The notes under the pieces were generated by a model. The model worked only from the letters and a program-made list of their open reading frames with translations, was not told the DNA's origin and did not search any database. Below, in pieces: positions 17,347 through 26,300 of a DNA stretch of 64,000 nucleotides. The translations under genes were made by a program, and so were the position numbers. The stretch is from an uncultured Actinomycetes bacterium. Lineage in GTDB: Bacteria > Actinomycetota > Thermoleophilia > Gaiellales > Gaiellaceae. Numbering within the stretch: position 1 is the stretch's first letter; each line of letters begins with the position of its first letter. Location of the stretch: the NCBI GenBank assembly GCA_963791895.1, contig CAWBTY010000013.1, forward strand, positions 61,274 through 125,273. The letters are read 5' to 3'.

Positions 17347-18252
17347 GTGAAGCTGGTCGATCGTGCCCTCGTGCGGGTGCTGCCCGCCGTGCCGCGCTCC
17401 GTCGTGCGACGGGTGGCGGCGCCGTACATCGCCGGGGCGACCCTCGACGACGCGCGTCGCGTCGTGTCGGAGCTGAACGCAGGTGGCATGCGCGCGACGG
17501 TCGACGTCCTCGGCGAGGAGATCGCCCGACCGGCGGAGGCCGAGGCGATCGCCCGGAGCTACCACGCCGCGCTCGCGGCGATCGAGGCGGACGGGCTGGA
17601 GGCGAACGTCTCGATCAAGCTGACGGGCTTCGGCCTGAAGGTCGATCCGGGCCTCTGCCGCTCGCTCGTGCGAGAGCTCGTCCGCGACGCCGGCGCCCGC
17701 GGGATCTTCGTGCGGATCGACATGGAGGACTCGACGACGACGGACGACACGCTCGCTCTCTACCGCGACCTCCGGGAGGAGGGTCACGAGGGCGTGGGCA
17801 TCGTGCTTCAGGCGGTGCTTCGTCGCACGCTCGCGGACATCGAGGCCCTGGCGCCGCTGCAGCCCAGCGTCCGCCTGTGCAAGGGCATCTACCTCGAGGC
17901 GCCGTCCATCGCCTTCCAGGAGTTCGAGGCGATCCGCAAGAGCTTCGTCACCTGTCTGGACGCACTGCTCACCGCCGGCTGCCGCACGGCGGTCGCGACG
18001 CACGACGAGTGGCTGATCGAGCGCGCGCTCGAGCGCGTCTCCGACCTCGACCGCGACGCCTACGAGCTGCAGATGCTGCTCGGGGTGCGTCCCGAGCGCG
18101 CGCGAGAGCTGGTCGCGGCCGGGCATCCACTCCGCATCTACGTGCCCTACGGGCAGCAGTGGTACGAGTACTCGCTGCGTCGCCTGCAGGAGAACCCGAA
18201 GGTCGCGGGCTACGTCGCGCGCGACGTCCTCGGCCGGGTCTTCCGCGCCTAG
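17347..18252 (+). CDS. proline dehydrogenase (monofunctional)
   Basis: TVDVLGE, SIKLT, RIDMED, RLCKGIY, ATHD, QMLLG, YVPYG..RRLQENP. Confidence 0.9.
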   Translation: MKLVDRALVRVLPAVPRSVVRRVAAPYIAGATLDDARRVVSELNAGGMRATVDVLGEEIARPAEAEAIARSYHAALAAIEADGLEANVSIKLTGFGLKVDPGLCRSLVRELVRDAGARGIFVRIDMEDSTTTDDTLALYRDLREEGHEGVGIVLQAVLRRTLADIEALAPLQPSVRLCKGIYLEAPSIAFQEFEAIRKSFVTCLDALLTAGCRTAVATHDEWLIERALERVSDLDRDAYELQMLLGVRPERARELVAAGHPLRIYVPYGQQWYEYSLRRLQENPKVAGYVARDVLGRVFRA

Positions 18253-18261
18253 CAGCGCTTC

Positions 18262-19602
18262 TCACGGCTCGGTGTGCACGACGACGTCGGCGACGTTCGG
18301 CATCGCCTCGCGGATCCTGCGGGAGACGGCGCTCGCCTGGTCGTGGGCCGCCGCGACTGTGGCATCGGGCGCGAGCGCGAGCGTGACCAGCACGACGAGG
18401 CCGTCACTCGTGGAGAGCGTGCGGAGCTCTCGTGGGGGACGGCCCGTGACCGCCAGGACCGCGCGCTCGGCCTCGGCCGGGTCGTGAGCGAGCCGCCGGC
18501 CGGGGGACGTGTCGGCGAGCGGCTCGAGGTGCGTCTGCACCGCGCGGATCTCCGGTGCGTCCCGGTGGATCGCCCGCTCGACCTCCTCGGCGATCGCGTG
18601 GGCCTCGTCGAGCGCGAGCTCGCCCGGGAGCTTCAGGTGCAGCGACGCCTCGATCCCGTCGTCGGTGTCGATCAGGGTCACGTCGTGGAGCTCGCGGACG
18701 GGCGAGACGGTCATCGCGGCCGCCCGCACGCGCTCGCGCAGCTCTCCGACCGCCGTCGGCTCGACGTGGACGACGATGTCGCTGGCGGGAAGAACGCGTT
18801 GCACAGCGGCTTCGACGCGGTCGGCCGCGTCATGCCCCTGGCCGACGGCCGCGCCGGGCGAGACGCCGATCACGACGTCGGCGAACGTGCGGCCCGCGGC
18901 CTGCCGGAGCCGGAGCCTGCGAAGCACGACCGGCGGCTCCAGGGCGACGATCGCCTCGCGCGCCGCCTCGACGGCGTCGGCCGGAGCGCGGTCCATGAGC
19001 ACGTCGACGTTTCGGCGGATCAGGCGAGAGGCGGCGACGACGACGAGGACGGCGACGAAGAGCGCCGCGATCGAGTCACCCTCGGGAAAGCCGGCGCGCG
19101 CGGCGACGAGACCGCCGAGCACCGCGACGGTCGCGAAGAGGTCAGAGCCGAAGTGCAACGCGTTCGAGTAGAGCGCCGCGCTCTCGTACCGTCGCGCGGC
19201 GCGATACGAGACGAGCGTGCGGAAGAGGTCGATCGCGACGACGAGACCGAGCGCGACGAACGCCCACCAGGCGGGCTCGACGTCGAGCGTGATCCACCCG
19301 GCGAGCCGCGCGACGGCAAGCGCCCCGACGAAGAGCGAGACGAGCACGAGGAAGGCCGCCTCCGCAAGCGCCGCAAGATGCTCGGCCTTGCCGTGACCGT
19401 AGGTGTGCGCCGCGTCCGCCGGTCTCGTCGCCACGCCGACCGCGAAGAACGTCAGCAGCGCCGCGACGAGGTCCGTGCCCGAATGGGCCGCGTCCGCGAG
19501 CAGCCCGAGGCTGCCGGCGGCGACTCCGACGACGAGCTTCACGGCGATCAGGACGGCCGCCGCGACGACCGACGCGAGCGCGGTGCGGCGCTGCGGGCTC
19601 AC
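18262..19602 (-). CDS. cation diffusion facilitator with three C-terminal dimerisation domains
   Basis: ADAAHSGTD, HTYGHGKAE, ALHFGSD; three ..H.EP-ending domains. Confidence 0.85.
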   Translation of the reverse strand: MSPQRRTALASVVAAAVLIAVKLVVGVAAGSLGLLADAAHSGTDLVAALLTFFAVGVATRPADAAHTYGHGKAEHLAALAEAAFLVLVSLFVGALAVARLAGWITLDVEPAWWAFVALGLVVAIDLFRTLVSYRAARRYESAALYSNALHFGSDLFATVAVLGGLVAARAGFPEGDSIAALFVAVLVVVAASRLIRRNVDVLMDRAPADAVEAAREAIVALEPPVVLRRLRLRQAAGRTFADVVIGVSPGAAVGQGHDAADRVEAAVQRVLPASDIVVHVEPTAVGELRERVRAAAMTVSPVRELHDVTLIDTDDGIEASLHLKLPGELALDEAHAIAEEVERAIHRDAPEIRAVQTHLEPLADTSPGRRLAHDPAEAERAVLAVTGRPPRELRTLSTSDGLVVLVTLALAPDATVAAAHDQASAVSRRIREAMPNVADVVVHTEP

Positions 19603-19613
19603 GGCGGCGAACG

Positions 19614-20504
19614 CTACTGCGGTTGTGGCCGAGAGGCGCGCCTGCTCCGCGCGGCCAGGATCCCGACGGCGATCAGGAGGCCGCCCGCGAGCTCGACGGG
19701 GGAGAGCGTCTCCGAGAGCAACGCGACGGCGATCGCAGCCGCGAGGAACGGCTGGAGGTTGGCCGCGAGGGTGGCCCGCGCCGGGCCGATCCGGTCGAGC
19801 GCCCGGAACCAGAGCTCGTTCGTGACGACGAGCGGGCCGAGCACGGCGAACGCGAAGAGCAGCCAGACCGTCCAGCCGAGGCCCCAGTCCTGGCTCGAGA
19901 GCTGAGGGAGGGCGGTGAGCGTGATCAGGATCGAGGCGAGCCCGAGCACGACGGCGCTGATCCGGGTCGCGGAGTGGCGGCGCATCAGCGGCGTCACGAG
20001 GATCGAGTACGCCGCCCACGTCGCGGCGGTGAGCACGCCGAAGAGCACGCCGCCGAGATCGCCCGAGAGCTCGCCGCCGGAGCCGAGCGCGACGAGCGCG
20101 ACCCCCGCGAAGGAGAGGAGCGCCCCGAGCCAGAAGCGGCGGGGCGGCGACTCGACCCGGGTGGCGATCCCGAACAGCGCCGCGAAGATCGGCGTCGCGC
20201 CGAGGATGAGCCCCAGCACCGAGGCGGTGGAGCGCTCGAGCGCAGAGACGAACGCGACCTGGTTGAGGTACACGACGACCGCGGCGCCCGCGGCGATGGC
20301 GAGGTCGCGGCGCGAGAGGCGCAGCGAGCGCTCGAGCCCGAGCGTGAGCGCGACGAAGATCAGCGCCGCGAGCCCGTAGCGCACGCTCGAGTACGCGAGC
20401 GGCTGGAACCCGTGCGTGAGGATGTAGCGGCTGACGGTCAGGTTGAGCGACCACAGCACGATCGTCGAGAGCAGCATCAGCTCGACGGGCGAGGGGCGGC
20501 GCAC
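19614..20504 (-). CDS. EamA/DMT family transporter
   Basis: About 10 TM, WSLN, PIFAAL, IGPARA..NLQP. Confidence 0.85.
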   Translation of the reverse strand: MRRPSPVELMLLSTIVLWSLNLTVSRYILTHGFQPLAYSSVRYGLAALIFVALTLGLERSLRLSRRDLAIAAGAAVVVYLNQVAFVSALERSTASVLGLILGATPIFAALFGIATRVESPPRRFWLGALLSFAGVALVALGSGGELSGDLGGVLFGVLTAATWAAYSILVTPLMRRHSATRISAVVLGLASILITLTALPQLSSQDWGLGWTVWLLFAFAVLGPLVVTNELWFRALDRIGPARATLAANLQPFLAAAIAVALLSETLSPVELAGGLLIAVGILAARSRRASRPQPQ

Positions 20505-20538
20505 CCGCTCGACCGTACTGATTAGGCTTCCCCAGCCG

Positions 20539-20820
20539 ATGACGGAGCCGACCATCGAGACGATCGACGCGCTCGTCGGGCCCGCGACGCCCCAGTTCGC
20601 CTATCAGCTCCGGGCGCGCGTCCGCGAGGCGATCGCCGGCCTCCCGGACGATCATCCGGTCCGCGTCTACGGCGAGGAGAAGATCGAGCTGCTCGACCGC
20701 CTCGGCTTCTCGTCGACGAAGGGTGAGCACTCGGAGCCGGAGTCGCGCGACCGCATCGGCTGGGAGACCATCCCTTCCTCCGCGCCCGCAGCGACCCCTC
20801 TGCCGCGCAACGCTCGGTGA
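20539..20820 (+). CDS. hypothetical protein
   Basis: 93-aa ORF whose stop overlaps the SDR start (GTGA). Confidence 0.6.
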   Translation: MTEPTIETIDALVGPATPQFAYQLRARVREAIAGLPDDHPVRVYGEEKIELLDRLGFSSTKGEHSEPESRDRIGWETIPSSAPAATPLPRNAR

Positions 20821-21554
20821 GCGCCCCCGGGCGCACCGTCCTCGTCACCGGCGGCTCTCGCGGAATCGGCAAGGCGATCGCTCTCCGACTCGCGCGGGAA
20901 GGCGCCGGGCGCATCGCGATCGGGTACTTCCGCTCGGACAACGCCGCGGAGGAGACCGCCGAGGAGCTCCGCGCGCTGGGCGCCGAGCCGGTGCTCGTCC
21001 GCGGCAACGTCACCTCGTCGCGCGTGCTCGAGCAGGTCGAAGGGCTGGGCCGGCTCGACGTCCTCGTCCACAACGCGGCGACCGGCGTCATCCGGCCGGC
21101 GCTCGAGACCGAGGACAAGCACTGGGACTGGACGCTGAATGCCAACGCACGCGCACTCCTCTCGCTGACGCGGGTCGCCGCGGGGTCGATGCCCGCGGGT
21201 GCGTCGATCGTCGCCCTCTCGAGCCTCGGCTCGGTGCGCGTGCTCGAGAACTACACGCTCGTGGGCGCCTCGAAGGCCGCGCTCGAGGCGCTCGTGCGCT
21301 ACCTGGCCGTCGAGCTGGCACCGAGGGGGATCCGGGTGAACGCGGTCTCCGCAGGTGTCGTCCAGACGGGCGCGCTCGAGCACTTCCCGAACCGCGAGGA
21401 GATGCTCGCATCGGGCGCGGGCAACCCGGCGGGGCGCCTCGTGACACCGGAGGACATCGCAGGCGTCGTCTCGTTCCTCTGCTCGCCCGACGCCGAGATG
21501 ATCCGCGGCCAGACGGTCGTCATCGACGGCGGCTGGTCGCTGCCGGCTGGGTGA
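20817..21554 (+). CDS. fabL: SDR, enoyl-ACP reductase FabL-like
   Basis: TGGSRGIG, NAATGVIRP, NYTLVGASKAALEALVRYLAVEL, ALEHFPNRE. Confidence 0.75.
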   Translation: MSAPGRTVLVTGGSRGIGKAIALRLAREGAGRIAIGYFRSDNAAEETAEELRALGAEPVLVRGNVTSSRVLEQVEGLGRLDVLVHNAATGVIRPALETEDKHWDWTLNANARALLSLTRVAAGSMPAGASIVALSSLGSVRVLENYTLVGASKAALEALVRYLAVELAPRGIRVNAVSAGVVQTGALEHFPNREEMLASGAGNPAGRLVTPEDIAGVVSFLCSPDAEMIRGQTVVIDGGWSLPAG

Positions 21555-22285
21555 TTCCTTCTCGGCAACGAGGCCGTTGCGACCGCGACAGCGGGCGCCT
21601 TCAGGGGTCTGCCCCGCCGCAGGCGGGGATCAAGCCGCGGGATTCGGCTTCTGCCGAATCCCGCCTGGCGAGCAAGGTCGTCCTCGATTGGGACGGGACC
21701 GTGACCGTGGTCGACTCGCTGCACATGCTGATCGAGCGCTTCGGCGATCACGACGTCTTCGTCGCCCTCGAGGGCGAGGTCGGCCGCCGGCTGACGCTCG
21801 AGGAGGTGATCGCGCGCGAGATGGCGACCGTGACCGCGCCGCTCGACGAGGTCGTCGCGTGGCTCGTGGAGCACGTGCGGATCCGGCCGGGCTTCAGGGA
21901 GCTCGTGGCCGAGCACGATCCGCTCGTCGTCTCGGCCGGGTTCCACGAGACGATCGCGCCGATCCTCGCGCGCGAGCGGATCGAGGCGAAGGTGGTCGCG
22001 AATCACGTCGCGGCGTCTCCCGACGGGTGGCACACGACCTTCCGCACCGGTCCGAGCTGTGACACCTGCAGCGAGCGGTGCAAGCGGGAGGCGGTCGCCG
22101 GGCTCGGCCCGTACGTCTACGTCGGAGACGGCGTCTCCGACCGCTGCGTCTCGCTCGCCGCCGAGCGGCGCTTCGCCCGGAACGGCCTCGCCCGCTGGCT
22201 CGACGCGCGAGGTGTCGCCTACGAGCCGTTCGACGACCTCCACGACGTGCGCGCGGCGCTCGCCGAGGAGCAGGTGTCTGGCTGA
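21551..22285 (+). CDS. HAD-IB phosphatase (MtnX-like) with repeat-derived termini
   Basis: LDWDGTVT, VSAG, C..C...CK, YVGDGVSD. Confidence 0.8.
   Translation: MIPSRQRGRCDRDSGRLQGSAPPQAGIKPRDSASAESRLASKVVLDWDGTVTVVDSLHMLIERFGDHDVFVALEGEVGRRLTLEEVIAREMATVTAPLDEVVAWLVEHVRIRPGFRELVAEHDPLVVSAGFHETIAPILARERIEAKVVANHVAASPDGWHTTFRTGPSCDTCSERCKREAVAGLGPYVYVGDGVSDRCVSLAAERRFARNGLARWLDARGVAYEPFDDLHDVRAALAEEQVSG
21564..21676 (-). repeat. long multi-hairpin repeat, copy 3
   Basis: Close to the reverse complement of 8792-8906. Confidence 0.85.
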
Positions 22286-22298
22286 AGCCAGACACCTG
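22271..22298. repeat. REP-like palindrome containing the HAD stop codon
   Basis: CAGGTGTCTGGCTGAAGCCAGACACCTG. Confidence 0.9.
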
Positions 22299-22367
22299 AC
22301 ACGACGACGTCTCGCCGGTGGTCGCAGCCGTTCCGCGACCGCGCCAACTTGCGCGACTGAAGCGAAA

Positions 22368-22392
22368 GGTGTCCGACTTGAAGTCGGACACC
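22368..22392. repeat. REP-like palindrome GGTGTCCGACTTGAAGTCGGACACC
   Basis: Reverse orientation of 8958-8982. Confidence 0.9.
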
Positions 22393-22394
22393 GG

Positions 22395-22493
22395 GTTGCG
22401 ACCGCGGGCGCCTTCAGGGATGTGCCCCCGCGAAGCGGGGGATCAAGCCGGCGGGAATCCGCTTCTGCGGATTCCCGCCCGGCGAACAAGAAA
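22395..22493 (-). repeat. long multi-hairpin repeat, copy 4
   Basis: CGCCTTCAGGG core, CCCCCGC-GAA-GCGGGGG, GGAATCCGC-TTCT-GCGGATTCC. Confidence 0.85.
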
Positions 22494-22517
22494 CTGTGCC
22501 GGCGACGGCCGAGGGGG

Positions 22518-22548
22518 TTGACCGCCGCCGGTCCTCTCGCAATATAAA
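22518..22548 (+). promoter_or_regulatory. possible sigma-70 promoter TTGACC...CAATATAAA
   Basis: Good -35 plus an AT-rich -10 in a GC-rich context; spacing 16-19. Confidence 0.4.
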
Positions 22549-22615
22549 GCCAGTTCCCGCGGTCGGGAACCCCCACCGGTCGTCGCCGGCGCGGGACGGA
22601 CTAGCATCACGCGCC

Positions 22616-23606
22616 GTGAACGTCCGCCCCGCCACCGCTGCCGACCTGCCGCTCCTCCAGGAGCAGTGGCGGGCATTCGCGCGCGAGGTACCGCCACCGG
22701 CGCACGTCGCTCACGACGAGGCCCGCGAGCTCGAGGAGATCCAGGAGATCGTCGAGTCCGGGCTCGCCTTCGTCGCGGAGGAGGATGACGGCCCGGTCGG
22801 CTTCGCGCTGGGGCGGCTCACCGCCCCGCGACTCGGCAGGCTGACCGATCTGTACGTCGTGCCGGAGGCGCGGCGGGGCGGCGTCGCAGCCGCGCTCGTC
22901 CGCTCCGTGGTCGACGCGCTCGCCGCTCAGGGTGTCGACCGTCTCGACCTCGAGGTGGACGCTTCGAACGCCGGGGCCCGGGCGGTGTACCAGCACTGGG
23001 GGTTCGCGGAGGACCGGGTCGTGCTCGGTGCCCCGCTCGTGGAGCTCGGCCAGCGATTGGCGCCGGGCAGGCACGCGGAGTCCTTCGCGTCGTTCCACGT
23101 CCAGACCGACGCGATCGGTGATGTCGAGCGCGCGGTGCGGGCGTTCGCCCCGCGGATCGGGTCGCGCGGCACGCACGTCGTCGGGCCGCGCAACGGCTGG
23201 GTCACGGTCTACGACGCCGTCGCCGAGAGCGACCCCACGGTGCTGGTGCGCTTCGCGCGCGAGATCTCGTCGCGGATGGGCGCGGTCGTCGTGACGCTCT
23301 CGCTCGAGCTCGACAAGGTCGTCCGCATGATCGCGCTCGACCGCGGCGGCATCGTCGACGAGTACCTCTCGGTGCCGGAGTTCTACGGCCCACTCCCGCC
23401 GGGCGACGTGATCGGGCTCGCCGCCAACCCGACGGTGCTCGCGCGCCTCACAGGGGCGGACCCACAGCGCGTGCGGCAGGTCGCACGGACCGGGGCCACG
23501 CCGTCGGAGCTGCCCGAGGCGCGCGCAGCTCCTCGCCGAGCTCGCCTCGACGCTCGGGCTCGAAGGCGCCGAGCACGGCTTCGCCGGCTATGACCCCGGC
23601 GGGTAG
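22616..23606 (+). CDS. GNAT acetyltransferase with additional C-terminal domain; 1-nt frameshift near 23526
   Basis: LYVVPEARRGGVA, NAGARAVYQHWGF; corrected frame ends LAELASTLGLEGAEHGFAGYDPGG*. Confidence 0.75.
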
Positions 23607-23616
23607 CCTCGTTCAG

Positions 23617-24198
23617 GTGATCACGCTCTACGATGCGCCGCGCTGCCCGTACTGCGCCCGCGTCCGCATCGTGCTCGCCGAGAAGGACGTCCCGCACGAG
23701 ACGGTAACCATCGACCTCGCCGACCGGCCCGCCTGGCTCGTCGAGCGCAATCCGCCGCACGGGCGCGTGCCCGTGCTCGAGGAGGACGGCTGGGTGCTCC
23801 CCGAGTCCGTCGTGATCGACGAGTACCTGGAGGAGCGGTTCCCCGAGCCGACCCTCCTGCCTCCCGATCCCGGCGAGCGGGCGGCGGTCAGGGTGCTCGT
23901 CGAGCGGTTCGACGACCTCGGCAAGCCCTACTACGCACTGCGGCGTGGGGAAGACGGCGCGGAGGCGCGGTTGTCGGAGGCGCTCGAGGGGCTGGACGCC
24001 TTCCTCGCGACGATGCCGTTCCTCAGCGGTCGCGCGTTCGGGCTCGCGGACGTGGCATACCTCCCCTGGCTCTTCCGGCTGCGCGACCTGATGGGCTTCT
24101 CGCTGGAGCGGCACGAGGCGATCGTGGCCTGGCTCGAGCAGTGCGGCGAGCGACCGTCGGTCGCGGCCGAGCTGGAGACCGTCGCCTCGCTCGTGTGA
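23617..24198 (+). CDS. glutathione S-transferase family protein
   Basis: CPYCARVRIVL, GRVPVL, ESVVIDEYLEE, FGLADVA. Confidence 0.85.
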   Translation: MITLYDAPRCPYCARVRIVLAEKDVPHETVTIDLADRPAWLVERNPPHGRVPVLEEDGWVLPESVVIDEYLEERFPEPTLLPPDPGERAAVRVLVERFDDLGKPYYALRRGEDGAEARLSEALEGLDAFLATMPFLSGRAFGLADVAYLPWLFRLRDLMGFSLERHEAIVAWLEQCGERPSVAAELETVASLV

Positions 24199-24560
24199 CC
24201 GACGTCACGACCGAAGAGCTCGCGCGGCGACTGGGGGAGCCCGGCCTCGTCCTGCTCGATGTCAGACGGCCCGACGAGTTCACGGGGGAGACCGTGGCGC
24301 CCTGCGACCCGCGACCAGGTCGGATCCCAGGCGCGCGCAACGTGGAGGTCACGGCGCTGCTCGAGCTGGCGGACGCGGAGTCCGTCCACCGACTCGTGGG
24401 CGCACCGCCCGGTGCCGAGGTGATCGCCTACTGCCACTCGGGGAGCCGCTCGGCGCTCGCGGTGCAGATCCTGGAAGCGGCGGGGTACGCGGCCCGGAAC
24501 TACGTCGGCTCGTGGCACGAGTGGTCGCGCGACCGCTCGCTCCCCGCGGAGACGGGCTGA
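24195..24560 (+). CDS. rhodanese-like sulfurtransferase (single domain)
   Basis: LDVR..EF.G, GRIPGA, YCHSGSRS, YVGSWHEW. Confidence 0.85.
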   Translation: MTDVTTEELARRLGEPGLVLLDVRRPDEFTGETVAPCDPRPGRIPGARNVEVTALLELADAESVHRLVGAPPGAEVIAYCHSGSRSALAVQILEAAGYAARNYVGSWHEWSRDRSLPAETG

Positions 24561-24575
24561 GGCGGTCGACTCCTC

Positions 24576-24647
24576 GGTGTCTGGCTTCAGCCAGACACCT
24601 GCTCTTCGTCCGAGGTCAGAGCGCGTGTCTGGCTGAAGCCAGACACG
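24576..24647. repeat. inverted pair of REP-like palindromes (24576-24599, 24624-24647)
   Basis: GGTGTCTGGCTTCAGCCAGACACC and CGTGTCTGGCTGAAGCCAGACACG. Confidence 0.9.
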
Positions 24648-25357
24648 GGACTCTGCGAGCGCAGCCGCGCCGCCTCGTCGAGGAACGCGAGGCACAGGTC
24701 CCGACCGTGCGCGTTCCACGTCGGGAGATTGGCCTCGGTCTCCGCCTCGAGCTCGGCCCGCGGCTTCGGAAGCTCGTCGGCACCCTCGCTGAACCAGCGG
24801 TCGAGCATGTGGCGCTCGACCTCGGCGTGGAACTGGATCGCCCACGCGCGATCGCCGAGCCGGTAGGCCTGCCGCGCGCTTTCGTTGTGCGCCAGCGACA
24901 CGGCGCCCGCGGGGAGCTCGAAGGTGTAGTAGTGCCACTGGAAGGCCCGCACGCTCCGCGGCAGAGCTCCCAGCACGGGATCGGCGGTGCCTGCCTCGTC
25001 GAGCTCGACGGTGAACCAGCCGACCTCCGGCCGCTGGGCGGGGCCGACACCCGCACCCGCCGCGCGCGCGACGAGCTGGGCCCCGAGGCAGACGCCGATC
25101 AGGGGTACGCGCTCGGCGAGAGCGCGCGCGATGAACCCGACCTCGCCGGGGAGCCACGGATGCTCCGCGTCCTGGTCGGGATGCATCGCGCCGCCGAAGA
25201 CCATCACCGCGTCCCAGGCGGAGGGGTCGTCCGGCGGCGACTCCCCGTCGGCCACGATCCAGCGGTCGAGCGCGTCCCCCCGCTCGATCACCACCCGCTC
25301 GAAGAGGCCACCTCCGCCGGTCTCGGCCGGATCGTGGACGATCGAGAGGACACGCAT
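24587..25357 (-). CDS. type 1 glutamine amidotransferase
   Basis: GVCLGAQL, PEVGW, FQWH, IQFHAE. Confidence 0.85.
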   Translation of the reverse strand: MRVLSIVHDPAETGGGGLFERVVIERGDALDRWIVADGESPPDDPSAWDAVMVFGGAMHPDQDAEHPWLPGEVGFIARALAERVPLIGVCLGAQLVARAAGAGVGPAQRPEVGWFTVELDEAGTADPVLGALPRSVRAFQWHYYTFELPAGAVSLAHNESARQAYRLGDRAWAIQFHAEVERHMLDRWFSEGADELPKPRAELEAETEANLPTWNAHGRDLCLAFLDEAARLRSQSPVSGFSQTRALTSDEEQVSG

Positions 25358-25376
25358 GGCGCGACTGTAGTCGCGC

Positions 25377-26243
25377 CTAGAACAACCGGAGCTCCCTCGG
25401 CTCGGGCTCGATCCCGCCCGCCGCGGGGACGCCCGCCTCGTCGAGCAGGCCGCGCAGGATCTGCGCGCTCCGCGGCGCGAAGTCGTCGCGGTTGTTGTTG
25501 AAGAGCGCGTAGACCTCCTCCGCCTCCTCGGAGAGACGCGCGAGCGGCTCGACCCACTCGCCGAGCTCCTCCGCCGAGTAGAGCCAGTCGAAGCGGTCGG
25601 CGGCGGACGTCGCGCCCCGGATGTTCCACGTCTGCGCGTTCCGCCCGTGGAAGCGGACGTACGCGACGCGATGGGTCGCCGCCGTGACCCGCGGCGAGAC
25701 GTTCGAGGCACGGGTGCGCGGGCTGTCGAGCGAGACGTAGGCGAGCTCGTGCGCCTCGAGGAACGCGAGCGTGTCGGCCCGCTCGTCCTCCTCGAGCCAC
25801 GAGCGGTGCCGGAACTCGACGAGCGGTACGAGCGGCGCGAGCCGCTCGGGCGCGCGCGCGAGCTCGGCCTTCGCCGCCTCGCTCTTGGTGAAGCGCGGGT
25901 GGTACTGGAGGAGGACGCCGCGGAGCTTGCCGGAGAGCTCGAGCGGCTCGATGGAGCCGCGGAAGAGTCGGAACGACTCGTCCGTCGGCTCGCCCTCGTG
26001 CCACGTCATCGCTGCCGACGCCTTGACGTGGAAGGTGAAGTCGTCCGGCGTGCGGCGCGCCCAGCGCTCGGTCACGGCCGGGTCGGGCAGCGCGTAGTAG
26101 GGCGAGTCGACCTCGACGACGTCGAAGCGCTCGGCGTAGTAGCGGAGCCGCTTCTCGGCGGTCGAGACGCCGCGCGGGTACCAGGCCTTCAGCAGGCCCT
26201 CGTCGGCCCAGGAGCACGTCCCGATCCGCACGGTGGCCGGCAC
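25377..26243 (-). CDS. DUF72 domain protein
   Basis: IGTCSW, VEVDSPYY, VEFRHRSW, YVRFHGRN, YALFNN. Confidence 0.85.
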   Translation of the reverse strand: MPATVRIGTCSWADEGLLKAWYPRGVSTAEKRLRYYAERFDVVEVDSPYYALPDPAVTERWARRTPDDFTFHVKASAAMTWHEGEPTDESFRLFRGSIEPLELSGKLRGVLLQYHPRFTKSEAAKAELARAPERLAPLVPLVEFRHRSWLEEDERADTLAFLEAHELAYVSLDSPRTRASNVSPRVTAATHRVAYVRFHGRNAQTWNIRGATSAADRFDWLYSAEELGEWVEPLARLSEEAEEVYALFNNNRDDFAPRSAQILRGLLDEAGVPAAGGIEPEPRELRLF

Positions 26244-26254
26244 GCCCGGACCAT

Positions 26255-26284
26255 AGACGGGGCGCCCGTGAAGGCGCCCCGTCT
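26255..26284 (-). terminator. 12-bp stem hairpin after secreted-protein gene
   Basis: AGACGGGGCGCC-CGTGAA-GGCGCCCCGTCT. Confidence 0.5.
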
Positions 26285-26300
26285 CGACCCTGGTGCCGTC

